DNA from: Callorhinchus milii
Taxonomy: Eukaryota
Direction of reading: 5' to 3'
Assembly (NCBI RefSeq): GCF_018977255.1
Contig: NW_024704743.1
Span: 35,342,001-35,406,000, forward strand
DNA length: 64,000 nt
The translations under genes and the position numbers were made by a program. The notes beneath the pieces are model-generated. The model was not told the origin of the DNA. It searched no databases and was given only the letters and a program-made list of their open reading frames with translations. Every line of letters starts with the position of its first letter. Within the stretch, counting starts at the first letter, position 1. Positions 23,336-36,845 of the stretch are shown in pieces.

Positions 23336-26299
23336 GACCCCTGGACTTCATCCAGCACAGTCTCTCTACCATAAGTAATGGGAGGTATGTACTGGATGTG
23401 AAGCAGAAGGCTGACCTGTCAGATAGTCCTCCAGTAAAGCACAGTTTACACAAAGAGGAAGATTCAGCACCCAACACACCAATAATTGGGTTGAAAAAGT
23501 GCTGCTGATGAAAATGGTACCATTACTGGTGTCTCGCTGCCAGGAATAGAACTTAGAAACTTAGAAATCTGCAGCACTGGAAGAGGCCATTAGGCCCATT
23601 GAGTCTATACTGACTCTTCCCACTACCCTCTAAGGCTTCAACATCTTTCATGAAGTGAGATGCCCAAAATTGGGCCCAAACTTCCAGTTTGGCCTAACAA
23701 GTGGTTTGTAGTTGTAGCCTAACCACTTCGCAATGTAAACTGCATTTTCTGCAGGTCCAAATACTTATGTATATTACATAGATTTGTTAGATCTCGCCTC
23801 CAGTGAGATTTTGGGGCCGAGCTGAAGCCTCACAAGTTGGCGTGATGTACGGGGGAATGGGATGCCTGGTTGCTTGTGGTGCTTTTATCTTAACTAAGAT
23901 ATCCAAACTCAGACGTTTTATCAAATGGCTTGAAACAGAATAATTTGTCAAAAACGACTAGAGGTATCTTCCAAAGACACAGTTAAAAAAGAAAACGCTG
24001 GTAGAGGTGGAGAGGGTGACACTGGTGGATTGGGGATCTTTTTAATGTGTTTTCCTAATCTTCTCCCCTTGGCATCCCACTTTGTACTGCTGGTTCCCAG
24101 CCTCCTGGTGCTTGGGTGAAGTTCAATAAGTCCTGTGTGAGACACTCAACTGTAGAGGGTGTCAACGATAAGCCAGACCTCTCCCCACCCGGCTGCCCCA
24201 CCCACACATAAACAGCTAGTAGAAGGGGCTGTAGCAGGACTAGTAAAAGTGGTTGATTTGAACCTACCTAATCATGGGAAGGAATTTAACTCCCCGTGCA
24301 ACTCCAGTTTAGATCAGCAAATTGAAGTTGCACCCATCAGGGCTGCCCCTTGGTTGAAGGATTGTAAGTCAGTATACCCATGTGACTGTGCTCAGATCCT
24401 GACCTCTGACTGTCCAGCGCCTTGGGACGTCCTCCTGACTTGAAAGGCGCTCTATAAATGTAATTTTGTTGTTGTTGACTATAGCTTTTTTTGCCTTAGA
24501 AGCCCTGAGTATGATTTTTGCTTCTGAAAATTGTTTTACTGGAGGGACTTTCCAAAAGGTCAACCTTCTGTTCCAAAATGTTGCTCTCCAATACTGTGCT
24601 GGAGAGATTGCTCAGGGTAAAGTGAGTGTTTCCACGGAGCTTGGCATAGTAGAGTGCACCAAGGAGTGCAATTAACAGAACAACAAAATGAGCATTATGT
24701 GAGAAAAAAGGCAAAATTAAATTTTGTTTATCAGCAAGAGCTGAGTGTGATGATGTTCACGAGCCTTGTAAAGCAGATTCATTTGTCTGTAAGTATTTAT
24801 ATGGTTTTGTGTGGGCAGACCTGTTAGCCCTTGAAAGAATAGTGTATCTGTTAACAAGTAGATATCGGAACACAAGTAGCTCATTTTTAAAGTGAGTGTG
24901 ATCTCAGAATTTTTTTAACGAAGTGCGTATTTGCTGTACATGGGGAAATTTAGTATGGGTTACGGAGGTGAAGTGGGCAATGCATCGCCTCAAGCTTTGC
25001 AGTCATTTGTTAACCGCTGTATCCTCGATTTGTCCATAGAAGCAGCAATAAAGTGAAATGGGGAGGGAGGAGGTATTGTGTGTGGTCATGGATAGCCTTT
25101 TAGAGAGACTGCCTTCTGATGGCTGGGATGTGTCTTATTAATACCCGATTGGATTTTGGTTGGTGATCCTCCCCAATCTCCCAACGTGGAGAATCATATC
25201 AGGAGCTGGGAGTAACCATCGTTTAGCTTATAGCACAGCCACCAAAATCAGGGCTTCAATGTAGAGTAAATGGCACAGCAGAGTCTCCTATGCCCATACC
25301 CAAATAGGGGATTGAGGCAGTTCAGGATTTGTCTTCAGCTGGTGTAGGAAACAAAACAAAAGGCTGAATTAGGTTAATTGAAAATGAGCGGTGGCATTGT
25401 TTATTGAACACGAACCCAGCCACGGACAGCAATGCACACATTAGAGAGATACCCTCGAAGAAGCAGAGTGAGTCACACTCTGAGTGAGAACTAACAGGAT
25501 TGCCATCTCTCACTCTTTAGGAGTGACAATTCTCTACATTTGTTTGAAAACTCAACCTATTTTTCTGCACATCTTGTCTGTTTAAAATAAACGCACCCCT
25601 CTGTGTTTGAATGAGCTTTGCAAGTTGTGGCTGTGCCACTCTTGCTGACGATGTTTGTCACTCCTAACATTCCCCAATGTTGACAGCGTTGCACCCACTC
25701 TGACAGAGACATAAAGACAAAGAGAGAGCAATACAATGTGTAGGCAATGAGAGAAAGCGACAAGAGGCACTCTGAAACAACAGGACCCGCGGTTAATTGG
25801 CTTGCTTGTTTTTGAGACTGTTATTCATTTTGTACTCTAGATTTTTTCAATTGCCAATACCTTTAGGATTATGTGTATCCGTTGAGGGACTGGGTTAAGC
25901 AGCTTTTTCCAGGCCATTCTTGGCCAGCTACACAGAGATGTGTAAAACGTAACTCTACAGAAGACTCTTCATCAAACCTCATCGCATTATGAAATGTTAG
26001 CCTCAGGTATCAAGACTTGTCACCCATTTAATCTGCATTCTGCATGGTGCATTTAACTTTGGCTCACTTATGGGTAAAAATTCTGTTCAGCTATGCACAG
26101 TATTCCTGAAGATAAGGGGAAATCCCATTAAAGGCAGGCATTGCCAGAAGCAATGTACTTAACCCTAATCCGAGATCTTAACCCATGCTGATTCATTTTT
26201 CCCAATGAATCAGTCGAAACTCTGACTGTCCAGCGCCTTGGGATGTCCTCCTGATGTGAAAGGCTCTATACAAATGTAATTGTGTTGTTGTTATTGTCT

Positions 26300-26735
26300 T
26301 GATCTCATAATTGAGGCTGTCATTTCAGTGCAATGCTGGGAGTGCTGCAATGTTGGAGGTCCCGTCCTTCTGATAAGACGTTAAACTGAGCTTCCTTCTA
26401 CCTTCTCTGATGGTTTGGGATCCCATGTTACTATTTTGAAGAAGAGCAGGAGTTTTCCCGGTCCTGGCTAATATTCCTCCTTCATCCAAACTCACCAAAG
26501 GCAATTCATTGATTATTCTTGGTTGTTAGTTGATTGGCAGATCACTTACTATTGTTTTAATAATCCAAAAACAAACAAATAAATGATAATTTGATCACTC
26601 ATTCCCCGACTATGTGGGATGGTGCTCTGCGCAATTGGAGGGCCACGTGTCGCCCACAAAATATACAGTCAATTCACTTTACAGTGTATCCCATGAAGTT
26701 CTTTATACGGTTCAATGACGTGATAAGGTGCTATA
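26300..26735 (+). mobile_element. DeuSINE-like element (SacSINE1-like 5' part; 3' part shared with the dominant SINE)
   Basis: gggagtgctgcaatgttggagg...agacgttaaactgag...gatcccatg...gaagaagagcaggag...tcctggctaatatt, then gcccacaaaatatacagtcaattcactttacag. Confidence 0.8.
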
Positions 26736-27023
26736 TTTACATTTATATCATGTTGTTTGTAGGAATTTACTCATGCAGATTAGCTGCTCTATTTGTCCAC
26801 AAATACCACATTTTGGAGTGACTTCTTTGAGATCTTTTAATATGATAAGGTGCTAAATCATCTACTATATATTTTTTATTATTATTTACCCACTAAGACG
26901 TCAAGAGAACTTCGTTTTCATTGCTATTTTAAACTGCTGGAGAGACTTCATCATCTATTTAATGTTGAATTATATTTTATCATGTATTTAAACAAATTGC
27001 TAACCAACATTTTTTTTATTCAG

Positions 27024-27175
27024 CCCCTTAGCAAGTATCCGATGCTGACCAATGACATCTCTTTTTGGATTCCGCCCGAGGGATACGAAGAAAATGATTT
27101 CTACGATTTGGTGAGAAATATCGCTGGTGACCTGGTGGAGAAGGTCAACCTCATTGACAAGTTCGTACATGCCAA
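27024..27175 (+). CDS. FARS2: FARS2 internal coding exon (equivalent to human exon 6); start of the ferredoxin-fold anticodon-binding domain
   Basis: Poly-T tract and acceptor ttcag ending at 27023; donor AA|gtaggt at 27176; 152 nt. Encodes [50 protein letters not shown](K). Confidence 0.97.
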
Positions 27176-27672
27176 GTAGGTACCACAGTCACACTGCACA
27201 TGTCCTCAAGGCCCACACTGTCATTCTGAGTTGAAGACACATTTAAGCTAGTGAGGAATTTTAGAAAACGTTCTTAAATTTAATCTTGATTCAGGACCTG
27301 ATTTCCCGTAGTTCATTTTCAGAAATGCAGGATAATGGCTTCCAAATGAAAACTGATTTCCCAAATTTCACATGTTGTTAATTGTTCAAGATTAACAACA
27401 ATTTTGTATGCCTAAGAAAATGAGAAATTTGGCACCCTGACCATGCAGACAGTAAAAGGGGGTGAGAGGGGAAAGAAGATGCAGATATCTAAACATAGTG
27501 ATCTTTTTATTATTAGCATTATAATCACCCGTGCCACGTACATATTAAAGGGTGTGACCTTTGGTTAAGGAATGCTTGCACTCTTCAACATTAGCCAGTT
27601 GTTTTATTCCACATTTGGTCAGGCTGCTGTACGTTTGCACCATTTGTTTTCATTTGTGAGTGAAATATTTGT

Positions 27673-28062
27673 GGAGTCCTATAGCGTATTACTTAGAGCA
27701 CTCGCTTGCAAGTGAGAGGACCTGGATTCAATTCCCGGGGCAGGCAAAACCTTAGGCAAGTTTCCTTACTCCACACACCTCTATTTACCTAGCAGTAAGT
27801 AGGAACCTGGTTATTTGTCGATTAGCGGATTGCTTTTCCGGCGGTAGTAATTCCTTGTGTAAAAAAAATATAAAAATTGGGTTACTCAATCCACGACTGT
27901 TTGTGGGACACTACTGTGTACAATTGGCTGCTGCATTTCGCCCACAAATAGTCGATCCACTTTACAATATATTCAGTCAATTCATTTTACAGTATATTCT
28001 GTGGAGCACTTTGAGACAACTCACAGACATGACAAGGCCTATATCAAATGCAAGGATTACTA
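27673..28062 (+). mobile_element. Full-length SINE, long subfamily
   Basis: ggagtcctatagc head; cctctatttacctagcagtaagtaggaacc segment; L2-like tail. Confidence 0.93.
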
Positions 28063-31000
28063 TTGTTTTATTGAAATACTCTGTCTTATCAGTGCATTGA
28101 TTAAAAATAATACATGCATATGAAGTAGGACCTTTCACGTCAGGTGGACGTCTTAAAGCGTTTTGCAGGATTTACTCTGAAGTGTAATGACTGTATTTTG
28201 TAGGCAAATGCAATAGCCAATTTGCAAATAGCAATTTCCTACAAGTAGCCATGAAATAAGCATCTGTAAGATTTGTAAGCTGATTAGTCAGAGATTATTA
28301 AATAATAAAGGAATGACAAATATTAGATTTTATAATAGAATCTACAATTTGCTAATATATTATCGATTATTTTGAAACATCTCATTTTTTATTCTATATG
28401 GCTAAATATATACTGCTACCATAAGAGTCAACAACTCTGTCAATACCAAACATCTCAGAAGCAACACTCAACAGCACAGGTTGCGGAATGAGAAACTGCA
28501 GTTTCGAAAAGGAACCTAAAAGGAATGTTCAACTATAAGCAGTTACAGAGTTTAGATTTAGAGGTAGATATTTATACATTGAAGGAAACTTGTGGAGAAT
28601 TTGATGAGCAGGTTAGGTGAACTAATGGTCTCTACCAGTGTGTAAAATTGTTACTGTGCCACTATGTAACATTGCTAACTTGCTGATAAAACAGAATTGT
28701 AAGTACAATGCAGTCTTATTATAACAGGCTTCATTCAATCTAGTGGAAATTGGCTTATACTAAGGGCCTATAGAAAATTGAAGAAATATTTGCCTGAAAA
28801 TTGCAGAGAAATTTGGGTCCCAAACACCGTATTATAACGGCTACACCGTCGATTCTAACCCTACGACTGTCTAGCAATCATCTTGTTGGTTGTCCCTTCT
28901 ATAGAGATTCAAACATATTTCCCATTCAAGCAAAACTTTTTGGGGTAAAAAAATAAATTAAAACAAATGTTTAGAAGGGGATTTCTGCTTCAGGGAAGAG
29001 AGGAAAGATGCACGTCACATGCTGTTGCCTCCTTGAAGGGCAGGAGATACAGTAATATTTTTGTGACACTGTGAGGCTTTTCATGCAAATGTCACAACTA
29101 GCTCATGTACAGGCAAATAAGAAACGGTTTGAGCAACCTTTTGAGAAAAATTAAAAGTATTTCTCACAGGGTCATGCCTTGGTGTTATTATTCAATATTT
29201 GACCTGTGATAAGTAGCAAGTTTTAAAAATAAAATCAATCCACCCAGTGGCTTGATTCTTCTATTTGGCAATACATCTTTCGAATGAATTAGATAATTGA
29301 CAGAAAGAACTATTAATACTCAAAAGGCTAAATATTGCTCTATCACAGGTCCAGCAGACTTACATAGCTGATAGAAATAGGCACCTGAACCTCTGAATAT
29401 CTATATGCCAGCTCAGTCGGCAATGAGTGTTGTAATGTTGATTATTCTGATAATGGAAGCCACTTTTAATGTAATTTTAAAGCTTATTGAATGGAATTCA
29501 CTTCTGAGTATTTCTTGTGCTTAGGCAACATGTTAATGTTGACTTGAAGCTTTGTGAATAAAATCAGTTTTTGTTTGTTTTAAATTTTAGTTATGTTTCA
29601 TTTGTAGTTTGCTATCTTAAATGAGGTTGATTTCCCAGCTCAGTGCAGCTACGATGCAGTCCATTGGGGTTCTGTGAAATTTTAAGCCGTTGGTTTATGT
29701 TTGTGCTGACAAGAGTTGACATCGGAGAGGCCAGTATTGGTGAGAGAGCAAAAAAATAGCAGTGAAGAGAAACAGACTGCAGAGAAAGAGAGGAAAGAGT
29801 AGGTACAATGGTGGAAAGAATGAGCAGGTATACAAATCTTAAAACAAAGAGATAGAAATGTAGAGAAGCTATTAGATTTTTTTTAAACAATTGCAAAAAA
29901 TGGGGAGAAGAAGTAAAAAGAAATGTCAGGAGAGAGAGGAAGAATTAGGGGGCTGGAAGTGAAGAGGAAAATAGAGGAATTTAGAGATTAGACATGTAGG
30001 TTGACCTCTGCAATTGGGGAGAAGTAGAGAAGGTGCATGGAAATGTTTTAAAATGGTTTGAATAATGTGACCATTGGATAGAAGGCCACAAGTCTGGTAG
30101 AGAACTAACTATTACTGATAGGGTTTTCAAAATGGTGGGATGCAGATAATAAATCTTATCAATGAGTGTAGCTGTATTTTCTGTGACTTAGCCTGACTCC
30201 AGCTTCTGACATCCTTCCAAGGTAGCGCTAACGTTTCCTCTTCATCTGTGCACAGATTGCTACTTGCGTGCATCCATAATTGTGTCGGGGACAAAGCTGG
30301 ATGTGCTTCTCTGAGCCTCGGTCTCTGTGCTGTTTAATATGTAATGGGGGTGTGCACGGGGATGAGAGCTGTGCCTGTTTCAATTTGAAAATTACATCAG
30401 TCGGAGTTAATTCCATCTACTGCTGTCTGCGTAGAACTGGCTTAGGAGTTGAAATTTGACGCGCAAGAGAATAAAAATACAGTAAATGAAGGTAATTGTT
30501 ACGCTTCAACTTCCCACAGTCAGTGAAAATAGAACAGCATCTTTCAATCTAACTCTATTACGGGCTCCTTGCATTAATCTTTCTAATACAATTACATCAA
30601 GAGCAGCAATTGCAACTGTCAAGCTAAAGGTATTAGAGAGAGTTGATATAAGGACAGCTTCATAAAAGAAATTATCTGATATAAAGGAAAAAGAAAAAAG
30701 CCAGAAGCTGCATTTCACTGTCTAATGGGGTTAATAAACCTTCTTTGAGCAAGTATGCAGGCTAGATGAGAGCAGAGAATAATGCTACAATGAATATGGA
30801 TGTGTTAGGTGGTTGATATGGGCCAATTATGTTACTCCACTATCACCGCATCATTAAGATGGATGAAAGCTGAGCAGCTCTAAGTTTAGTTTTACCCATG
30901 AGATATCTTGAACAATTAGGCCATGCCCTGGTCGCCAAACCAACAGTTCTCTTAAAATAACACACTTTAATCATACGCAGCAAGAAAATCTGAACAAACA

Positions 31001-31982
31001 AGTTTCACTAGCAGACTTTATGATCCACTGCTGTAGGAGAATATATCAGATAGATTTTAAAACAGTGGAAATCAGGCATGGTGGATGGTAGCTTGTAGGA
31101 CACAGCTTTCAGACTCGCCATTGCCTACAGCGGGTTTGAGGAAGCGCTCCTCGTGAAAGCAATGCCACTACAGGTGTCTTGTCATTCCCAGAAAGTGCCT
31201 CCTGATGGAAACGGCATCTCCTTCAGGGAACTCCACATGTATCACCTCAATATGTGAGTGGTGCACTTTCCCTGGTGAGTAGCTTTTTCCAGTGATGAGG
31301 AACCAGTAATGTCACCAGTAATGTCACCACTTTCCTGAATTCAACTCAACTATTTTAGTTGGGATTAGTAGGTCATGGCCTGAGCGGACGTGAGGTGCTT
31401 CTTGTGAGAACAACGTAAACTGGAATGTGTTATGTTAAGAGAGATTCCTGACTGAGAGGAGGTTTCTTATAGTTAACAAGGTTGCTCTTGGTATCTGAAA
31501 TCTAAGTTATGAGGAAAGGTTAAGGAAGTTGGTTAATAATAATAAAATAATCTTTACATTTGATACAACCCCTTCCACATCGGGAGGATGGATCAAAGTG
31601 TTTCCCTGGATTTACTGTAAAGTATAGCATAGTGTAGTATTTTGTTGGTGAACATGTGTTCGCTTTGGACAAAAGGAGGTCTCGGGTGACCTAATTGAAA
31701 TGTTTAAGATTGTTAAAGTTCACTCTGCTGATCAGTTCAAATACCAGATATTAGTAGGTCAGGTAGAGAAGAATAATCATCAGGGGTAGGTATTAGGCTG
31801 AAAGCTGCAAGTTGTGAAGACCGCAGAAGCAGAATTATCATTTAGGATATTTAAATGTAGATACTTGAGAAGGATATTAAGGAGTATTGACTGCAGTGGT
31901 TTTAAGAGAAGGTCGACCATCATCTTATTAGGCCAAATAGTGATACTATTACCCCCACAACCTGAGAGAAAATAAGAAAAAG

Positions 31983-32060
31983 GGAACATAGGAATTACTA
32001 AACAAAAAAAGACCAAGGTCTATCCAGTTTGCCTTCCACAATCCTGGTAGTCACATGCTA
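31983..32060 (-). mobile_element. CR1 3' tail fragment
   Basis: Reverse complement of 63600-63676 (ggaaggtaaactggatggaccttgg). Confidence 0.7.
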
Positions 32061-32329
32061 CAAAAATGGTGATGTTGTTAGCAATTAATTCTGTATGGAT
32101 TAGTCTACAACAGAGTCACTCAAAGGGTCAGACAACAAAGAGTCAGTGACATAGGGACTGACTAACTGGAAGAGAATCCAATTTAAAATTAGAATAGGAT
32201 TTTTTTTGTTAATGCAAGATTTGTACTTATTCATGCATTGGAATGCATGGTTGCCTTTCTGACTTTTGAAAGGAGGAGGGAGGTCGAAGAGGGGTTTATT
32301 TGCAGAGATTTGTTAGAATGCATTACCAC

Positions 32330-32597
32330 AAATGGCTGTAGAACCCAAGTGTATAACAGCGTTTGACTGAGAATTGAATACATTATTGAGGACGAATATA
32401 TTAAAGTGGATTGGGAAAGAGCAGGGCAAAGGGATTAGAGCTTCATTGGAGCGATTGAGCACTAGCACAAACATGGTAGGTAAGAGGAGAGCAATGCAAT
32501 TCAAGCAGACAGCTCCCATTGAGAACATTAGAACTAGCATAGACATGATGGGCTGAATAGCCTTTTTCTGTGCTATAACTATACGTGATTCTGTGAA
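32330..32597 (+). mobile_element. Decayed CR1 3' end
   Basis: gacatgatgggctgaatagcctttttctgtgctataac...gattctgtga, resembling the tail at 53150-53204. Confidence 0.65.
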
Positions 32598-33109
32598 TGA
32601 TCACTGTTCAACTTGGTCTTAGTTTCTGTCCGCCATTAAATTCTTAACAAAGAAATTGCACTAAAATACACAAAATTAAATAAATACTACATTGAATTTA
32701 TCCTTCCCACGAGACTACTGATTCCACAATTTCATTTTAGTTACTTTTAGGAATATATATTTAGTGTTGCATACCCATAGTTCACAAATAATTCATAATT
32801 GTGTCATTCTTTTGCCAACCCAGACACAAAGTGGAAGGGACAGCAGGATTAAAATACAGTCCTTAGTAAGCACTGTAATGTCATATTGGGTATGAGGCTC
32901 TCATCAAACTGTCTCGCTATGTTTCTCTACTCAAAAAACTACAATATTCTGTGAAGTGCTTTGAGAACATCTCAATGAAGTGATAAGTGCTATTATCAAT
33001 GCAAGGATTATTATTGTGTCTGTACTGGTGTTAACTCCTTCATTGGAGCTTTCTTGGGACTATCATTTACAATTCTCTTTGGGTAAAAAAGGGGAGGCAT
33101 GTAGATCTC

Positions 33110-33645
33110 CTTAACCTGGGTTGGTTCCAAGGTGACGTGTTTCGCAAAGGAACGTTAGAATTGAGTAAGTACTCTGTTGCGGTTCCTAAGCCAGGCAAGT
33201 CCATAGTATTCCATGGTACTGCCGATGACAGATCAGCCAACCTGGCACCTCAGTAGGACTTAGTGGGGCAGACGAGGCAAATGGGGCAGGGACTTTACTC
33301 ATTTAACCCTGCAAACCAAAGCCTTAATGGGCAGGGAGGTCTTACCTGGGCAAGTGGCAGGAAGCCTGCACACAGCGCTATCAATGGGAAGCTATGTAAT
33401 TTTAGCTGGTTAGACTCTAGCAGTATCCCACACATGCTCCTGTGGGGTCTCCAAGCCTTGGTTCTCGCCAGCCTATGGATTAGATCAGCAGAATGCCTCA
33501 CTTCGGGGAGAGTGTGCGTTTCATTCCAGACACAGGGATATTACCATGTGTAGATGGCATACCTATATGGAATTCAGTCTAGTTTAGATTCTCCTAAGCA
33601 TGGGGATGGGTTTCTGCATGTGTTAGACACCCAGCTGACCAAAAG
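33110..33645 (-). repeat. Unclassified dispersed repeat (family X), copy 3 (longest)
   Basis: Overlaps and bridges copy 1 (9600-9890) and copy 2 (15320-15600). Confidence 0.85.
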
Positions 33646-33899
33646 AAAATTGGAGCTGCCTACTCTAATCCTAATTTGCTTGCTCTTTCCCCACCAACCT
33701 CTAATATTTATCAATCCTCATGTACTCATCCAATTATAGATTGCGAACAATTGTATCTTCCAGCTGGTAATGTCATCAACAGATTAAAAAGAACAAATAC
33801 CATTGTTGGAAATCTGAAACAGATATGATGTCAGTGCAAATCAGGTTGACCAGGTTCTGGAAGTGAAGGGGTTTTCATGGTAACATTTTGGGTTAATCG

Positions 33900-33980
33900 T
33901 TCTTATGAAGGGTCACAGCTGAAACGTTAACCTAACCATTCTCTCTTCTGTTGCTGAACAACCTACATCAGTTATTTCAC
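33900..33980 (+). mobile_element. Penelope-like terminal fragment (similar one at 46125-46240)
   Basis: atgaagggtcacagctgaaacgttaac...tctctcttctgttgctg resembles the recalled TGAAGGG..GAAACGTT Penelope terminal motif. Confidence 0.45.
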
Positions 33981-35559
33981 CACCCTAGCTGCTATTGTGG
34001 AGGATAGACAGTGTTTTCATTACTAACCTTCACATTATAACAGATAGAGTCTCGCATCTGAATTCTGCGTCGAATTTTAGTGTATTTTCTTGTAATAATG
34101 ATACTGGTGTTCAAGAGCCCATGATAAAATCCTTGGACGGTTGCAAACTCGATTTGTGTTTTTACCTGATCTCAGTCAGGTTAGGATTTGGATTGCTATA
34201 AAGTGACCCTAGATAATAATAATAATCCTTACATTTGGTATAGCTCCTTTCACATTAGATGTCTCAAAGCCCTTCACAGGATACTCTGTAAAGTGTAGTG
34301 ACTGTCTATGATAATGACTGAATGCCCACGTGGATTAGGGAGGAGATGTCAGCAATCCTCGCTGCTATTCGGAGACAACTGCTTGGAATGCAATTGTGTG
34401 TGAACATTGGGCGAGGACAGCGCCAGGCATAATTGTGATGCACTTTATGGTGAAATAGTATGCAAGCAACAGTCCCTTGGAGTGAGGGTAGGGGTGGGGG
34501 AGAAAAGAGGAGAAAAAATCCTTGGTAAGAAAAAATCTTTGCACACAACTATTTTGTCTTCCTTTACGCACTCTTTAAATTAAAGCATTAGCTACTATAA
34601 CTGTTACCTGAACTGCCAATCCAGTGTCTGTGTTTTAAATAATCACAATATAGTTTCTTGTATTTCACATTGTGACACGTTCTCACTTGTAGATGATTTC
34701 ACATCTATAAGTGTTACTGCTAACCTGGCACATCTTTTTCAAGAATAAAATGGATGGAGTAGGGATGCTAAGTCATGGTGCTTCTATTATTTATAGGCTA
34801 TATCCTTTTGTGCTGTGCTTCAGTGGTGCTTTACTTTGGCCGACTTACAAAATGCCAATTTTTTCCCTGTTGCACACCATTAATTATTTACTCGAGGTCC
34901 AGTTGAGATCTAATTCTGTGTCAAAGTGATGGCCTTTCTAATCTCTGGTGATAGCACTTGAGGCTTGTGAAGAAAGAAAAGTACATTGTCTTATTACCAT
35001 CTTGCTTTTGGTCTTTTTTCACATACACGCTTAATTTTTCATCAATGCACAGTGAAACGGAGCAGTCGGACAAGAAAGGATAATTTACATTTAGCTCCAG
35101 GCCAGCTCTAAGTTGCACTGATCTATGGGTTTGTATTATTAAAAGAGAATTAAAATAAGATAAACTGCTGAAATGTCTCTGTGAAAATAGTTGAATCTAA
35201 TGAACGATATTTTAATGCAGTGACCCAACACTCCATTTATTTTATGGCTGTTGATTTTTGATGGACATAACACAGCTCGGGTGAAGACGAAATGTCACAC
35301 TGACCTGCTCCTCAGCAATTTTAAACCCATCAAGCCTATTTATTTGTGGTCAAAAAAGTATTAAGAAGAGCTTTTTATTTAGTTAACTCTGTGTTGGGGA
35401 TAAATTGCTGAGACTCCTAACAAACATCGCTAATAATGACACTCCTAGTAACGGGAAGCATTGTCACACTGGCCCTAGGGAGCACTGTTCCAGGAGTAGA
35501 TCAGGTCAGAACTTTCATTTCTTTTTCCCTCGTACAAAAAAACAGGAGCAGTGTGTAGG

Positions 35560-35790
35560 AGCCTTCCTCTCTACGTACTCTACCTTTCGCTTCTAAATGC
35601 TTCCATGGCCTCGCCTCACCTACTTCTGTGACTTTCTGGAACTCTGCTGCCCTGGCTGTTTCCTCCGTTCACTCCCTGCTTCATTTGCTCCACCGAATCC
35701 GTCCTACATGCCATTCTGCCTGCAAGATATAGAACTTCATCCCGAAGTTCCTCCACCTTTCCCCTTCCCTGCCCCCTTCAAACCCTCTTA
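35560..35790 (+). mobile_element. Decayed L2 3' fragment
   Basis: tccatggcctcgcctcacctacttctgtgactttct...ccccttcaaaccctct aligns to the L2 ORF2 end. Confidence 0.6.
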
Positions 35791-36520
35791 ATAATAATAA
35801 TAATCCTTACATTTGATATACAATGCAATACAAAATTACATTTGTATTGTGCCTTTCATGTCGGGGGGACGCCCCAAGGCACTGAGTTGTGCCTTATCAC
35901 TCCTTTGAGACGCCTCAAAGCGCTTCACAGAATATGCTGTAAAATGAATTGAAATGAATTTTTGGGGATGAAACGTTGATGATTCCCCTCCCCCACCCCC
36001 CCCACACCCCACAAGAGTTTTTCGCCCAAGCTCTCCTCCCCACCAAGATCAGGCTCCCACCCATCTGTGTAAAGGCCATTGAGATGTCCTCCCAAACCAA
36101 ATGGTGCTATTTAAATGAGAAATGTAGTTATAAGGCGTAGCTATGGCAGCACTCTTTTAGTATAATGCACAAGACAAAGAGGCCAAGGAAAAAGAAAAAT
36201 GGCTTGAAATCAATGACTATTCCTGCTGCAAACCTGGCTAGATTATGGGACCACACACTGGTTGGATTTATTTATTATCAATCTCTGCTGGCAACTCAGC
36301 AGCTCCATAGTTTTGGCCCAGATATCCGATGATTTTCACGTATTCTGTTTGCTTCTCAAATCAGAATACCAATTAGGCTGTACTTTGACTATTTTTGTCT
36401 GATGAAGAGTAATTTAGGAACATAGGAACAGGAGTAGACCATTCAACCCTCAAGACTGCTCTGCCATTCTATTAGATCATGGCTGATCTGTACCTCATCT
36501 CCAAATATATGAAGTTATGT

Positions 36521-36845
36521 GGAGTCCTGTAGCTCAGTGGTTAGAACACTTGCAGTGCAAGCGAGACACCTGGGTTCAATTCCAGGCAGGGCGAAACCTT
36601 GGGCAAGTTTCCTTATTCCACACGCCTGATAATAATCCCTCAAGAAAAAAAAACAATAACAAATCGGTCATTTTCAATCCACGACTGTCTGTGGAACACT
36701 GCTCTGTGCAATTGGCTGCTGCATTTCACCCACAAATATATACAGTCAATTCACTTTGCAGTCTATTCTGTGAAGCGCTTTGAGACATCTAGAAGACATG
36801 AAAAGAGCTATATCAAATGCAAGGATTATTATTATTATTATTTAT
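36521..36845 (+). mobile_element. Full-length SINE, short subfamily
   Basis: ggagtcctgtagctcagtggttag head through the (TTA)n tail. Confidence 0.95.

Noticed and set aside
29740..30000. Purine-rich tract (and pyrimidine tracts at 8060-8165 and 50330-50560)
   Set aside because: Low-complexity sequence with no further structure.
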